Source: Microgenomates group bacterium
Lineage (GTDB): Bacteria > Patescibacteriota > Microgenomatia > Daviesbacterales > UBA10151
Assembly: GCA_041659805.1 (NCBI GenBank)
Contig: JBAZXP010000001.1
Coordinates: forward strand, 128,589 to 192,588
DNA length: 64,000 bases
Direction of reading: 5' to 3'
The position numbers were made by a program, and so were the translations under genes. The notes under the pieces were generated by a model. It was not told where the DNA came from. It saw only the letters and a program-made list of their open reading frames with translations, and ran no database searches. Below are positions 1 to 10,056 of the stretch, piece after piece (the first letter of the stretch is position 1; every line of letters begins with the position of its first letter).

Positions 1-1
1 A

Positions 2-1477
2 TCTCATAATACTTTATACACTATGCTTTCCGGCGTTTTCGGCGCCTTCCTGGTCACTATGGGTGGTAATTTACATACCATTTATATATTTTTCCAAAGT
101 TATCAATCAGATAATCCGGCTCCTTTCTGGAATTTACCTGCGATGCTAAATTTAAACGGTTACTGGTATCCTAACGCCACCCGATTTATTCCTTTTACAA
201 TCCATGAATTTCCTATTTATTCATTTGTCGTGTCAGACTTACACGGACACGTTTTAGATATACCCTTCGTTCTTCTTTTAATAGCTTTATTAATAGTTGT
301 ATTTTTCCAACAAAAGCTTAATTCGTTATTCTTGCTTCTTATCTCATTATTAATAGCTATTTTCCTGATGACAAATTTTCTTGATGCACCAATTTATTTA
401 TTGATCATTTTCTGTATTCTATTGACCAAAGAACTGAAAATTGAAAGTTTTGTGAAAGTGGCTAAAATATTAGCAATCATCACAGTTGGTGCAATTATTG
501 TATCCCTTCCTTTCTGGTTATCTTTTAAACCGTTCGGTTCAGGAATTGGAGTTGCTTGTCCACCGCAATTTCTGGCTAATATCGGTCAGATCGGTCCGTT
601 AATATTTGACGGCAATCATTGTGCCCATTCCCCTCTTTGGATGCTACTCATTCTTTGGGGCTTTCCGTTATTTATTTTATCGATTTTTCTTGCAACTCAT
701 TTGGATTTTAATTATCTAAAAATAAATAAAAATTTTAAATTTAAAGACTTTAATCCTGTAGATATCCTGGTTTTGACTTTTTCATTAGCAGCTTTTGTTT
801 TAATACTCATTCCTGAATTTTTCTATGTCAAAGATATTTATCCGGCTCATTGGAGGGCTAATACTGTTTTTAAATTCGGCTATCAGGCTTTTATTATTTT
901 GGGGTTAATGTCAGGATATATGATTATCAGGTTGCTACCCATATTTAAAAAATATTTTCCAATCACGATAGTAACAGCGTTTCTGTTTAGTTTAGTTGCA
1001 CTTTATCCTATGTTTGCAATTTATTCATATTTTAGTAATTTAGAAACTTACTCAGGATTAAACGGAACAGATTGGTTAAAATCCAGCTATTCTTCTGATT
1101 ACTCAGCGATAGCATGGATTAATAAAAATATTGAAGGTACTCCCGTAATTTTAGAAGCTCAGGGAGAATCATATTCTGATTTTGCCAGAGTTTCTTCTAA
1201 TACAGGATTACCCACAGTCATTGGTTGGACAGTCCATGAATGGCTTTGGAGAGGATCATATGATGAAGCAGGTAAAAGATCTACTGATGTAACAAATCTT
1301 TATGAAAGCACAGATTTAAACCTTACTAAACAATTAATTCAAAAATATAAAATAGAATATATCTTTTTAGGAACTTTAGAAAGACAAAAATATACAAAAC
1401 TAGACGAACAAAAACTTCAGAAATTAGGGAAAGTAGTCTTCCAGTATGAAACCACTAAAATTTACAAAATTAATTAA
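2..1477 (+). CDS. DUF2298 / YYY-domain polytopic membrane protein (GT-C-like), 5'-partial
   Basis: TIHEFPIYSFVVSDLHGH, RANTVFKFGYQ and GLPTVIGWTVHEWLWRG motifs; many TM segments; frame open to the window edge. Confidence 0.8.
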   Translation, partial: SHNTLYTMLSGVFGAFLVTMGGNLHTIYIFFQSYQSDNPAPFWNLPAMLNLNGYWYPNATRFIPFTIHEFPIYSFVVSDLHGHVLDIPFVLLLIALLIVVFFQQKLNSLFLLLISLLIAIFLMTNFLDAPIYLLIIFCILLTKELKIESFVKVAKILAIITVGAIIVSLPFWLSFKPFGSGIGVACPPQFLANIGQIGPLIFDGNHCAHSPLWMLLILWGFPLFILSIFLATHLDFNYLKINKNFKFKDFNPVDILVLTFSLAAFVLILIPEFFYVKDIYPAHWRANTVFKFGYQAFIILGLMSGYMIIRLLPIFKKYFPITIVTAFLFSLVALYPMFAIYSYFSNLETYSGLNGTDWLKSSYSSDYSAIAWINKNIEGTPVILEAQGESYSDFARVSSNTGLPTVIGWTVHEWLWRGSYDEAGKRSTDVTNLYESTDLNLTKQLIQKYKIEYIFLGTLERQKYTKLDEQKLQKLGKVVFQYETTKIYKIN

Positions 1478-2007
1478 AGTTTTTTGACTTCATCTATTTC
1501 ATAAATCCAAATTTGTATAGTCCTTTGCCTGACAGGGTTTTTACCAGTTCCATCCCTGCCGTCAAATTCCAGCGCTGCTACCTCCTGATATTTTCCCAAG
1601 ACAGGTTTACCATCCTCAATTGGCACAAATACAGACGGATGCCCGTATAACATTGATCTGATATGACTGGGGGCATTGTAATCTTCGTCAACTTCATTAC
1701 AAAAAGGGTTATCCTGACAGCGATGGGTATATTCTGCAGTTGGTAAATCGAAACCTTCTTTTTTAGCCTGCCAAGCTCTGCTATCTGTAGGAACACAATG
1801 CAAAGCAAAATGTAACATATCTTTTAATAAATTGGGCTCAGAAATTTCCTGAATCACAATGGTGAGTGTGGTGTGTTTGGAATTAACCACCACAAAACCC
1901 TGTTTGACTTTGGATTTTTTAACAGCTTTCTTAACTTCATCCGTTAAATTCCGGAAGGCGGCATAATCAGTCGACGGAAATTCCAGTTCTTTTAAATATG
2001 CTTTCAT
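1474..2007 (-). CDS. YjbQ/UPF0047 family protein
   Basis: HTT, NAPSHIRS and LGKYQEVAALEFDG motifs. Confidence 0.8.
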   Translation of the reverse strand: MKAYLKELEFPSTDYAAFRNLTDEVKKAVKKSKVKQGFVVVNSKHTTLTIVIQEISEPNLLKDMLHFALHCVPTDSRAWQAKKEGFDLPTAEYTHRCQDNPFCNEVDEDYNAPSHIRSMLYGHPSVFVPIEDGKPVLGKYQEVAALEFDGRDGTGKNPVRQRTIQIWIYEIDEVKKL

Positions 2008-2029
2008 TGGTGCTAATATATATTAGTCT

Positions 2030-2575
2030 ATGGATGTGCCCAATACCCCACGCTCCTTCGAAACAGCTTACCGTAAATGCGCTCTACCTTTAATGAAATT
2101 TTTAATAAAAAAAATGGGTGGTAATCAAATAGCAGCAGAAGAAGTTTTTTCCAATACGGTTTTTGCAGCCTGGAAAGGATTTCATACCTTTGAACATAAA
2201 TCAAAATTTTTTACCTGGATGTGCAGAATTGCCTTAAATAAAGCTGCCGATTATTACAAAGGTCAAATTCACAATGAATCACACTTGATCGCCCCTACCC
2301 TGATTGATTTGGCTAACATTAAGGATAAAAACTTAACACCGGAGGAAAAAGCTTCTTTAGATGAAATCAGAAATTGTGTTCATAATTGTCTAAACCTTTT
2401 ACCCGATGATAAAAGGAATCTTCTTTATCTGAGGTATTGGAAAGATATGACAATTAAAGGAATTGCGGAAACTTTTGATATTTCAGAAAGAGCTGCAGAG
2501 GGAAAAGTTTACCGAGCCAAACTTGCTTTCCGGGAAGTTGTCAGTAAAAAATATCCTGACCTGAGAGATTACTAA
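2030..2575 (+). CDS. ECF-type RNA polymerase sigma factor
   Basis: Region 2 AEEVFSNTVFAAW/FFTWMCRIALN and region 4 HTH (IKGIAETFDISERAAEGKVYRAK). Confidence 0.85.
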   Translation: MDVPNTPRSFETAYRKCALPLMKFLIKKMGGNQIAAEEVFSNTVFAAWKGFHTFEHKSKFFTWMCRIALNKAADYYKGQIHNESHLIAPTLIDLANIKDKNLTPEEKASLDEIRNCVHNCLNLLPDDKRNLLYLRYWKDMTIKGIAETFDISERAAEGKVYRAKLAFREVVSKKYPDLRDY

Positions 2576-3606
2576 TTAATTCTTTTAACTAAAAAGTCAG
2601 CCATTTCTTCTAAGAGCTTAGCTTTTTCAGAATCTTTGGTAATTTGTGGAATAATCTTTTTAGCAATATCAACCAATTCTTCAGCCTTTTTTTGAGAATA
2701 GTCCGGAGCACCAGTATCTTTAAATACTTTTCTAATAGCATCCAATTCTTTATCTCCAATATTTTCCTTACCATAATATTTATCCAGTATTTTATTTTGT
2801 TCTTCTGAAGCTTTTTCCCTGGCATGGATTATCATCAAGGTTAATTTTCCTTCTTCTATATCAGAGGTTACCGGTTTGCCTATTGTTTCTTCTTTCCCAA
2901 AAACTCCTAAAATATCATCCTGAATTTGAAAAGCTATTCCTAAGTTAGTTCCAAACTCCTCAATATCTTTTAGTAACATTTGCTCCGCCCCACCCAAAAT
3001 TGCCCCCATCTGCATCGGTCCTGTAATTGTATATTCAGCTGTTTTAAGTTTAAAAATAGTTAAAACATCTGAAGCGGTTTTTTCTCCTTTAAGATAAGGC
3101 AACTCCACATCCAATACTTCTCCCCAACCGGTGTTGATAGTGGTTCTGGCAAAACAATTTAAAGCAGAATTTTTGATCTTTTCAGGAAAATTATTGTCAG
3201 TTAGAAGTTTCATAGTCAGAAAGAAACCAATATCTCCCAAACAAATAGTTTGAGAAATACCATGATGATCTCCACCCAAAACTTTATACAAAGTGGGCTT
3301 GCCCCGTCTAAGCAAACTTTTATCAATAATGTCATCATGGGCCAAAATTGCAGTTTGAAAAATTTCAACAGCTACAGCAGGTTTTAAAATATCTTTAGTT
3401 TCCTTACCTGATGCTATCTCATAACCTAATTTAACCAAGGCTCCCCTAAGTCTTTTTCCACCAGAACAAGCCTCAATAAATGCTTGATTTAAAGGAATTA
3501 ATTTATTATTTATTACCCCAACTTCACTGCTCCACTCAGTAAAAATGCTATCCATTTCCTGATTTATTTCTTCTGCAGCAATTTGCAAATAATTTTTAAA
3601 ATCCAT
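2572..3606 (-). CDS. Polyprenyl diphosphate (GGPP-type) synthase
   Basis: GGKRLR, HDDIID..RRG and FQIQDD motifs; start placed at MDFKNY. Confidence 0.93.
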   Translation of the reverse strand: MDFKNYLQIAAEEINQEMDSIFTEWSSEVGVINNKLIPLNQAFIEACSGGKRLRGALVKLGYEIASGKETKDILKPAVAVEIFQTAILAHDDIIDKSLLRRGKPTLYKVLGGDHHGISQTICLGDIGFFLTMKLLTDNNFPEKIKNSALNCFARTTINTGWGEVLDVELPYLKGEKTASDVLTIFKLKTAEYTITGPMQMGAILGGAEQMLLKDIEEFGTNLGIAFQIQDDILGVFGKEETIGKPVTSDIEEGKLTLMIIHAREKASEEQNKILDKYYGKENIGDKELDAIRKVFKDTGAPDYSQKKAEELVDIAKKIIPQITKDSEKAKLLEEMADFLVKRIN

Positions 3607-3646
3607 CTGTGCTAAATTTAACATATAATTTTGATATAATCCATCA

Positions 3647-4450
3647 ATGCAGAAACCATTATTTATTATTAAATTAGGAGGAAGTGTTATCACTTATAAA
3701 GACAGCTCTATTCCCAAAATAAGAACTTCTGTTATCAACCGCTTAGCCAAAGAAATCAAACACATCAAAGATGAAATTAATTGTCGTGTAATTATTGTCC
3801 ATGGAGTCGGCTCTTTCGGCCACCCGGCAGCTAAAAAATATAATTTGAGCAAAGGCATGACAACCAAAGAAGAAAAATACGGTTACTGCTTAATGGAGGC
3901 TCAGGACCTGGAGTTGAATTCAAAAATACTTTCAGCTTTTATAAAATTTAAAATCCCTGCAATCGGTTTTTCTCCTCATTCCTTTATCACAACTTCAAAT
4001 AAAAATTTTTCCGGTTTTGATACCTCAATCATTGAAGGATATTTGCATCAAGACATTGTTCCTGTTTTACACGGAGACGCAGTTTTAGATAAAAAATTAG
4101 GTTGTTCAATTCTTTCAGGGGATATATCTGTTTCTTTTTTGGCAAAAAAATTGAAAGCTGACAAAATTATTTTTGTTTCAGATGTGGATGGAATATTCGA
4201 CATAGACCCCAAAAAAAATCCAAATGCCAAATTAATTCCATTAATTAATAATAAAAACCTAAATGAAGTTTTATTAGGTTTAACTCCGAATAATAAAGAT
4301 GACGTCACAGGAGAAATGAAAGGAAAGGTTTTGGAAATTCAGAAATATCTTTCAAATATTCCAGTTTTAGTAGTTAACGGATATAAACCAAAAACATTAA
4401 TTAAGGCTGTCTCTGGTGAAGCCATCGGAACACAGCTTCTTTTCCGTTAA
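3647..4450 (+). CDS. Isopentenyl phosphate kinase (amino-acid kinase family)
   Basis: IKLGGSVIT, HGVGSFGH (IPK signature His), SGD and DVTGEMKGK motifs. Confidence 0.85.
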   Translation: MQKPLFIIKLGGSVITYKDSSIPKIRTSVINRLAKEIKHIKDEINCRVIIVHGVGSFGHPAAKKYNLSKGMTTKEEKYGYCLMEAQDLELNSKILSAFIKFKIPAIGFSPHSFITTSNKNFSGFDTSIIEGYLHQDIVPVLHGDAVLDKKLGCSILSGDISVSFLAKKLKADKIIFVSDVDGIFDIDPKKNPNAKLIPLINNKNLNEVLLGLTPNNKDDVTGEMKGKVLEIQKYLSNIPVLVVNGYKPKTLIKAVSGEAIGTQLLFR

Positions 4451-4985
4451 CTCCTGAATCAACTAAACCATAAACTTCAGAAGGAATTTGATCAACTAAA
4501 TCTGTATGTCCGTATTCTCCCGGCTTAAAATTGCTGGGGTTAGATTGTAGACGCATGTAATCGCTCACTGTCTCAAAAACCCCCGGTCTAAAACGTAAGC
4601 TTCCTTTTGACGATATTACTTCTTGCAAAGGAAGCCATTCAACCGGAGAAACTTCATCAATAAATTCTCCTCTCCCAACTAAATCTTTTGCAGAAATATT
4701 AACAAAATAATTCCGTAATTCTACACTAGGTCTGGTTTCTACTGAATTCAACAACACAAAATTTTCTGGATTAATTATTAATTTAACTTCTTCTTTGCAA
4801 GCCCTGCAAAGTGTTGCAGAGTCGTCTTTGTCAAAATCTTCAATAGTTTCCATTGGATGGGTTTGTTGACCTGCAATTTTGACTGATTTACGGCTGGTAT
4901 TTTCTTCAGTCACTGCCGCAAACTCACCTCCACAAACTATCAATGCTCCAACTGCAAAAAGGGTTGGTTGAATTTCTGATTTCAT
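4401..4985 (-). CDS. Nudix-fold protein with a degenerate Nudix box
   Basis: AVGALIV strand followed by PMETIE..CRACKEEV; extended -10 TGATATACT 6 nt before the ATG. Confidence 0.5.
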   Translation of the reverse strand: MKSEIQPTLFAVGALIVCGGEFAAVTEENTSRKSVKIAGQQTHPMETIEDFDKDDSATLCRACKEEVKLIINPENFVLLNSVETRPSVELRNYFVNISAKDLVGRGEFIDEVSPVEWLPLQEVISSKGSLRFRPGVFETVSDYMRLQSNPSNFKPGEYGHTDLVDQIPSEVYGLVDSGVNGKEAVFRWLHQRQP

Positions 4986-5058
4986 GGCCGAAGTATATCA
5001 TAAGCAATCATGCAAGTTAAATTTTGAACCTAAGAAGTGATATAATTCATCCACTAAA

Positions 5059-5979
5059 ATGAAACATTTTCCTAATAAACTATTGCTCGCCTCTCCTCGT
5101 GGTTTTTGTGCTGGTGTAAAACGGGCAATCAATACCTTGGAAGGTCTGATAGAAAAAAATCCCAATAAAACCATTTATTGTTATCATCAAATAGTCCATA
5201 ACAAAACAGTTGTTAAAGATTTTACAAACAAGGGCGTTATTTTTGTTGATGATTTAAGTAAAGTTCCTGAAAAATCAATTTTGGTTTTTTCTTCCCATGG
5301 TGTCTCCCCTGCTTTAATTAAACAGGCAAAAAAAAATAAATTAAAAATCATTGATGCCACCTGTCCTTTTGTTATAAAAACCCATAAAGAAGTTAAGGAT
5401 TTTGCCAAAAAGAATTTTAAAATTATTTATATCGGACAAAAAGATCATGATGAAACAATCGGCACAACAGATGAAGCACTTAACCAGACTATTATTGTTT
5501 CTGATATAGAGGATATTAAAAGTTTAGATATTCCCAAAAATACTCAAGTTGCGATTGTTACTCAAACAACATTATCTTTTGATGAAACAAAAAAATTGGT
5601 TCAAGCTTTGGAGAAAAAATTCCCAGAATTAATAAAACCTAAACTGGCAGACATCTGCCAAGCTACACAAAACAGACAAAACGGAGTTAAAAAAATTGTT
5701 AAAATGGGTGCAGAGATAGTCATAGTTCTGGGTTCAAAAAACAGTTCTAATTCAAATAAATTAAAAACAGTTGCAGAAAATGCCGGCGCAAGAGCCTATC
5801 TTCTGGATGATATCACGGAAATAGATATTAAGGATTTAGAAAACATTAAATGTGTTGGTCTAACAGCTGGTGCTTCTTTACCGGAATATAAAATAGTAAA
5901 AGCAATCAAATGGTTTAAAAAACACGGAATAACGGAAATCGAAGAAGTCAGTGCTGCAGTAGAAAATAATTTACTTTGA
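5059..5979 (+). CDS. ispH: 4-hydroxy-3-methylbut-2-enyl diphosphate reductase
   Basis: PRGFCAGV, IVHN, SHGV, DATCPFV, HDE, DICQATQNRQ, SSNS and TAGAS; all three Fe-S Cys present. Confidence 0.96.
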   Translation: MKHFPNKLLLASPRGFCAGVKRAINTLEGLIEKNPNKTIYCYHQIVHNKTVVKDFTNKGVIFVDDLSKVPEKSILVFSSHGVSPALIKQAKKNKLKIIDATCPFVIKTHKEVKDFAKKNFKIIYIGQKDHDETIGTTDEALNQTIIVSDIEDIKSLDIPKNTQVAIVTQTTLSFDETKKLVQALEKKFPELIKPKLADICQATQNRQNGVKKIVKMGAEIVIVLGSKNSSNSNKLKTVAENAGARAYLLDDITEIDIKDLENIKCVGLTAGASLPEYKIVKAIKWFKKHGITEIEEVSAAVENNLL

Positions 5980-6195
5980 AATCTTGATAGCAGAGGTCGG
6001 ACAACTGGCTGCTGCTTCTTCTATTGTTTTTTCACTATCATAAGGACCTTCCTCTTTTACTACACTAATTGATTCACCATCTAACTCAAATGTTTTAGGT
6101 GCCATAAAAACACAAGAAGAGCAGGAAATACACTCTGCCCTATTAATGACAATCTTTAATTTATCTACCTGGTAAGTTTTTGTTTTATCAGCCAT
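5971..6195 (-). CDS. Single-cluster ferredoxin
   Basis: CISCSSC ... SCPTSAI. Confidence 0.88.
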   Translation of the reverse strand: MADKTKTYQVDKLKIVINRAECISCSSCVFMAPKTFELDGESISVVKEEGPYDSEKTIEEAAASCPTSAIKISK

Positions 6196-6218
6196 GTTGA
6201 TTATTTTACACAATATTA

Positions 6219-6247
6219 TTGACAAATATCAACATATTGATTACCAT
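6219..6247 (+). promoter_or_regulatory. Sigma70 promoter of the arsR-iscS-iscU operon with a candidate operator
   Basis: TTGACA(6219)-17 bp-TACCAT(6242); palindrome ATCAA-CATA-TTGAT (6228-6241) in the spacer. Confidence 0.6.
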
Positions 6248-6255
6248 CTATATAT

Positions 6256-6519
6256 ATGAAATTAACTTCTGCTTGTTCAGGATGTTTTGCAGGTTTGTCT
6301 TGTAACACCAGAATGGATATGATCAGCCTTTTGCAAGAAAAAAAGAAACTAACCGTTTCTGAAATTGCCAAGCATTTTAAAGTCTCCCAACCGACAGTCT
6401 CACATCATCTGAAATTCCTGGAAGAAGTTGGAGTGCTTTCCTCTAAAAAAGAAGGTCGTAAAGTTTTTTATACTTTAGCTCCTGACTGTGATAATAAAGA
6501 TTGTCATATTTTTGATTAA
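6256..6519 (+). CDS. ArsR/SmtB family regulator, Cys-rich termini
   Basis: LTVSEIA..VSQPTVSHHLKFL..G..KEGRKVFY winged HTH. Confidence 0.9.
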   Translation: MKLTSACSGCFAGLSCNTRMDMISLLQEKKKLTVSEIAKHFKVSQPTVSHHLKFLEEVGVLSSKKEGRKVFYTLAPDCDNKDCHIFD

Positions 6520-7743
6520 ATGAAATCTATATATTTAGATTATGCTGCCACTACTCCAGTAGACCTGAGTGTTATCAAAAAAATGCAGCCTTTTTTTGAT
6601 ACTATTTTTGGCAACCCGTCCGAGATTCATAAATGGGGCGCAAAAGCGTCAGAAGGCATAAAAAATGCCCGCTCACAGATCTCACAGGCTTTGAACTGTA
6701 ATCCTACTGAAATAACCTACACCAGCTGTGCTACAGAATCTATTAATTTATCCCACAAAGGTTTGATTGAAGCATTTTCTCACCCTAATCACCCCATTCC
6801 CCCAAATCTCCCCCACATCATAACTTCTAGTATTGAACATAAAGCAGTTTTGGAAACTTGTAAACATCTGGAAAAGTTAGGTTGGGCAAAAGTTACGTAT
6901 TTGCCCGTTGATGAGTATGGCTTGGTTTCTGTTGCAGAAGTTGAAAAAGCTATAACCCCCCAAACCACCCTAATCTCCCTAATGTATGTTAATAATGAAG
7001 TAGGAACTATTCAACCAATTGCTGAAATTGGAAAACTACTTAAAACAAAATACCCCAAAATATATTTTCATACTGATGCCACCCAGGCTCTCCCCTACCT
7101 TGATTGTGATGTTAAGAAATTAAATGTAGATTTATTATCTTTTACAGGACATAAAATTTATGCTCCCAAAGGAATCGGCGGATTATATATAAAAAGCGGT
7201 GTACCGGTAATCAGACAACAGGACGGCGGCTCACAGGAAAATAATTTAAGAGCAGGAACTGAGTCTGTTCCGTTAATTGTAGGGCTGGGACAAGCAGTAG
7301 AGCTGGTAATAAAAAACAGAGCAAAAGAATCCTCTCGCCTTAAAGCATTACAAAAAAATTTGATCTCTCAACTTGTAATAGTTCCAGGGATACAGTTAAC
7401 AGGTCCTAAAACAAATAGAGCCCCTCATATCGCGTCTTTTATAGTTAAGGATGTTGAAGGAGAGGCAATGATGCTGCTTTTATCAGATCTTGGGATTGCA
7501 GTTTCTACTGGTTCTGCCTGTAACAGCCAGATTTTAACATCATCTCATGTACTGGAAGCAATGGGAATTAAAGCAGAAGATTCCCATGGATCACTCCGCC
7601 TTTCTCTGGGAAAGGATACAACAAAACAAGATATTGAATATGCAATTTCCTGTGTTAAAAAAGTCGTTTTAAATTTAAGAAAAATGTCGCCCGTTTTTGA
7701 CGAAGAAGAAAACGCCCTGAGCGAAGTCGAAGGGTTACACTAA
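6520..7743 (+). CDS. iscS: Cysteine desulfurase (IscS/NifS)
   Basis: YLDYAATTP, GHKIYAPKG (PLP Lys) and STGSAC catalytic Cys. Confidence 0.93.
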   Translation: MKSIYLDYAATTPVDLSVIKKMQPFFDTIFGNPSEIHKWGAKASEGIKNARSQISQALNCNPTEITYTSCATESINLSHKGLIEAFSHPNHPIPPNLPHIITSSIEHKAVLETCKHLEKLGWAKVTYLPVDEYGLVSVAEVEKAITPQTTLISLMYVNNEVGTIQPIAEIGKLLKTKYPKIYFHTDATQALPYLDCDVKKLNVDLLSFTGHKIYAPKGIGGLYIKSGVPVIRQQDGGSQENNLRAGTESVPLIVGLGQAVELVIKNRAKESSRLKALQKNLISQLVIVPGIQLTGPKTNRAPHIASFIVKDVEGEAMMLLLSDLGIAVSTGSACNSQILTSSHVLEAMGIKAEDSHGSLRLSLGKDTTKQDIEYAISCVKKVVLNLRKMSPVFDEEENALSEVEGLH

Positions 7744-7744
7744 T

Positions 7745-8134
7745 ATGGATTTATCCTACACAAAAGAAGTCTTAAAACATTTAAAGTCTCCTAAAAATAT
7801 GGGAAAAATTAAAAACCCAAGTGGTGAGGGTATGGTAGGAAACAGAGTTTGTGGAGATATTATGAAAATGTATTTGAAAATTATCAAAAATGAAAAAGGT
7901 GAAGAAATTATCTCTGATATAAAATTTCAGACTTTGGGTTGTGGAGCTGCTATTGCTACCTCTTCTGTGTTAACAACTTTGGCAAAAGGAAAAACAGTGG
8001 AAGAAGCTTTAAAAATTTCCAAGGATGATATTATCAAGGCTTTAGGAGGTTTACCTGCCATTAAAGTCCATTGTTCAATCCTGGCAGACGAGGCTTTAAA
8101 AAAAGCTGTGGAAGATTTTAGGTCTAAAAAATAA
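7745..8134 (+). CDS. iscU: Fe-S scaffold protein IscU/NifU-N
   Basis: GNRVCGD, GCGAAIATSS and LPAIKVHCS. Confidence 0.92.
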   Translation: MDLSYTKEVLKHLKSPKNMGKIKNPSGEGMVGNRVCGDIMKMYLKIIKNEKGEEIISDIKFQTLGCGAAIATSSVLTTLAKGKTVEEALKISKDDIIKALGGLPAIKVHCSILADEALKKAVEDFRSKK

Positions 8135-8138
8135 CAAT

Positions 8139-8599
8139 ATGTTTAATCACGAGCCGTCCGGTTACCTTTGTCCTTTTTGTAAATTAGCTCAGGGAGAAGA
8201 AGACGAAATTAATAAAAAAGAATATATTGTTTATGAAGATAAAAATACTCTTGCCTATGTTTCCCCTAAATGGTGGATAAATAATCCGGGAAACGTATTA
8301 GTCATTTCTAAAAAACATGTTGAAAATATTTATGATACTCCTGATGACCTTTTATGTGATGTTTACCTTACAGTAAAAAAAATATCAATCGCTGTTAAGA
8401 AAACTTACAAATGTGATGGAACTTCAACAAGACAACATAATGAACCAGCAGGAGGTCAGGATGTCTGGCACTTTCATGTGCATGTATTTCCCAGATACGA
8501 AAATGACGATCTCTATAAAAACCATGATAAAAAAAATGGGTAGATCTTGAAAAAAGAATGGTTTATGTAAAAAGGCTGAAAGACTTCTTCTCTAAATAA
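8139..8599 (+). CDS. HIT family hydrolase; apparent frameshift in the A8 run at 8529-8536
   Basis: CPFC and HFHVHVFPR; ORF stops at 8543, but one extra A gives KKKWVDLEKRMVYVKRLKDFFSK* to 8599. Confidence 0.85.
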
Positions 8600-8601
8600 A
8601 A

Positions 8602-9411
8602 TTACTTTAAAGCAGCGTTGACTGTTGGTTCCATTGTTGAATATGGAATAGCCCCTGGAAAATTGGTGGTATTCAAATAAAACCCTGGTGTTCCCTGAAC
8701 ATTTAATCCTTCTGCCAGTGCCGAATCTTCTTGTAAACGATTATCATATTTACCACTATCCAGACATGATTTCATAACGCTTGGGTCAAAAACTGAGGCA
8801 AGAAAGTCAGCCAATTCCCCTGATTTTGTCTTATCATTTTTGACTGTATTATTTAACAAATCATATCCTTTTTCGCTCATAACTAAGTTATGAACCTCCC
8901 AAAATTTATTATTCTCAAATGCACAATACATAGCTTTAGTTCCCATTTCACCAGCACCATGACCGTTATAATAAATCCAGGCAAAAGAAGCCTTACCAGA
9001 TTTTACTAACTTCTCTATCTCTGCAACTGGAGCAACATATGTCCCACCATCTTTAACAAGAGTGAATTTGGATCCCATTTGTTTATTTAAGGCTGAATTT
9101 TGACCAGCAGCTGCCTGGCAATAAGGACAACTCGGATCAGATATTTCTATGGCAATTAATTTGCTATTTGAGTCACCAAATTTAATAAACGCTTTATTAA
9201 AAGAATTTTTGATTTGAGTTAAACTGAGTGGGGCTTGAGTGGGCTGTGCTTGAGCAGAGGGTGTTGGAGTCACAGTTGCTACACCTTTTACTCCTTTTGT
9301 TTCAAGTCTAATAGGAATAACTCCACCAGAAATTAAAATGGCACCAGCAATAACGATTGAACCGATTAGTATAGCGACAGGAGATGTTAAAAAAGATTCT
9401 TTTTGATCCAT
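8602..9411 (-). CDS. Membrane-anchored DsbA-like thioredoxin-fold protein
   Basis: N-terminal TM, DPSCPYC and VQGTPGF cis-Pro loop. Confidence 0.85.
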   Translation of the reverse strand: MDQKESFLTSPVAILIGSIVIAGAILISGGVIPIRLETKGVKGVATVTPTPSAQAQPTQAPLSLTQIKNSFNKAFIKFGDSNSKLIAIEISDPSCPYCQAAAGQNSALNKQMGSKFTLVKDGGTYVAPVAEIEKLVKSGKASFAWIYYNGHGAGEMGTKAMYCAFENNKFWEVHNLVMSEKGYDLLNNTVKNDKTKSGELADFLASVFDPSVMKSCLDSGKYDNRLQEDSALAEGLNVQGTPGFYLNTTNFPGAIPYSTMEPTVNAALK

Positions 9412-9465
9412 AATTTAGAAGGTGGAGCTAGTGTAACGAAAGTTTAAATTAGTGTCAACCCCAGT

Positions 9466-10044
9466 CTAGTTATATTGATTCTGGGCAGCTTCTAATCCTT
9501 TTTCTATAACCATTTCTGTGGCTTTAACAGCTTCTTTAATCATTGTTTTAACCTTGCTTTTTTCAGAAGGGATAAAATCTTCCACCACAAATCTATTGGC
9601 ATCAAAATGTTTACCTGCCCTCTCTCCACCAATTGAATGAATATTTCCGATCCCAAGTCTTACCCTAATAAAATCAGGAGACCCCAAATCCTTAATCACA
9701 GATTCAACACCGTGATGTCCTGATCCCCCACCCCCAATTCTGATTTTTATTTTTCCTAAAGGTAAATCCAGCTCATCATGAATTAAAATAATATCTGATA
9801 AAGGAACTTTAAAATAATCTGCTACTAGTTTTACTCCCATACCAGAATTATTCATGAATGTCTGGGGTTTTACAAAAATAAATTGATCTGTTTTGGCAAT
9901 ATATGACTTGAGTTTTTTATTTTCTTCCCATGATACTTGATACTTAATACCTGATACATATTCATCCACCACCCTAAACCCCAGATTATGTCTGGTGTTT
10001 TCATATTTTTCTCCTGGATTTCCTAAACCGATAATTATTTTCAT
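9466..10044 (-). CDS. pth: Peptidyl-tRNA hydrolase
   Basis: GLGNPG..YENTRHNLG, KPQTFMNNSG, HDELD and GHHG. Confidence 0.97.
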   Translation of the reverse strand: MKIIIGLGNPGEKYENTRHNLGFRVVDEYVSGIKYQVSWEENKKLKSYIAKTDQFIFVKPQTFMNNSGMGVKLVADYFKVPLSDIILIHDELDLPLGKIKIRIGGGGSGHHGVESVIKDLGSPDFIRVRLGIGNIHSIGGERAGKHFDANRFVVEDFIPSEKSKVKTMIKEAVKATEMVIEKGLEAAQNQYN

Positions 10045-10056
10045 ACAACTATAACA

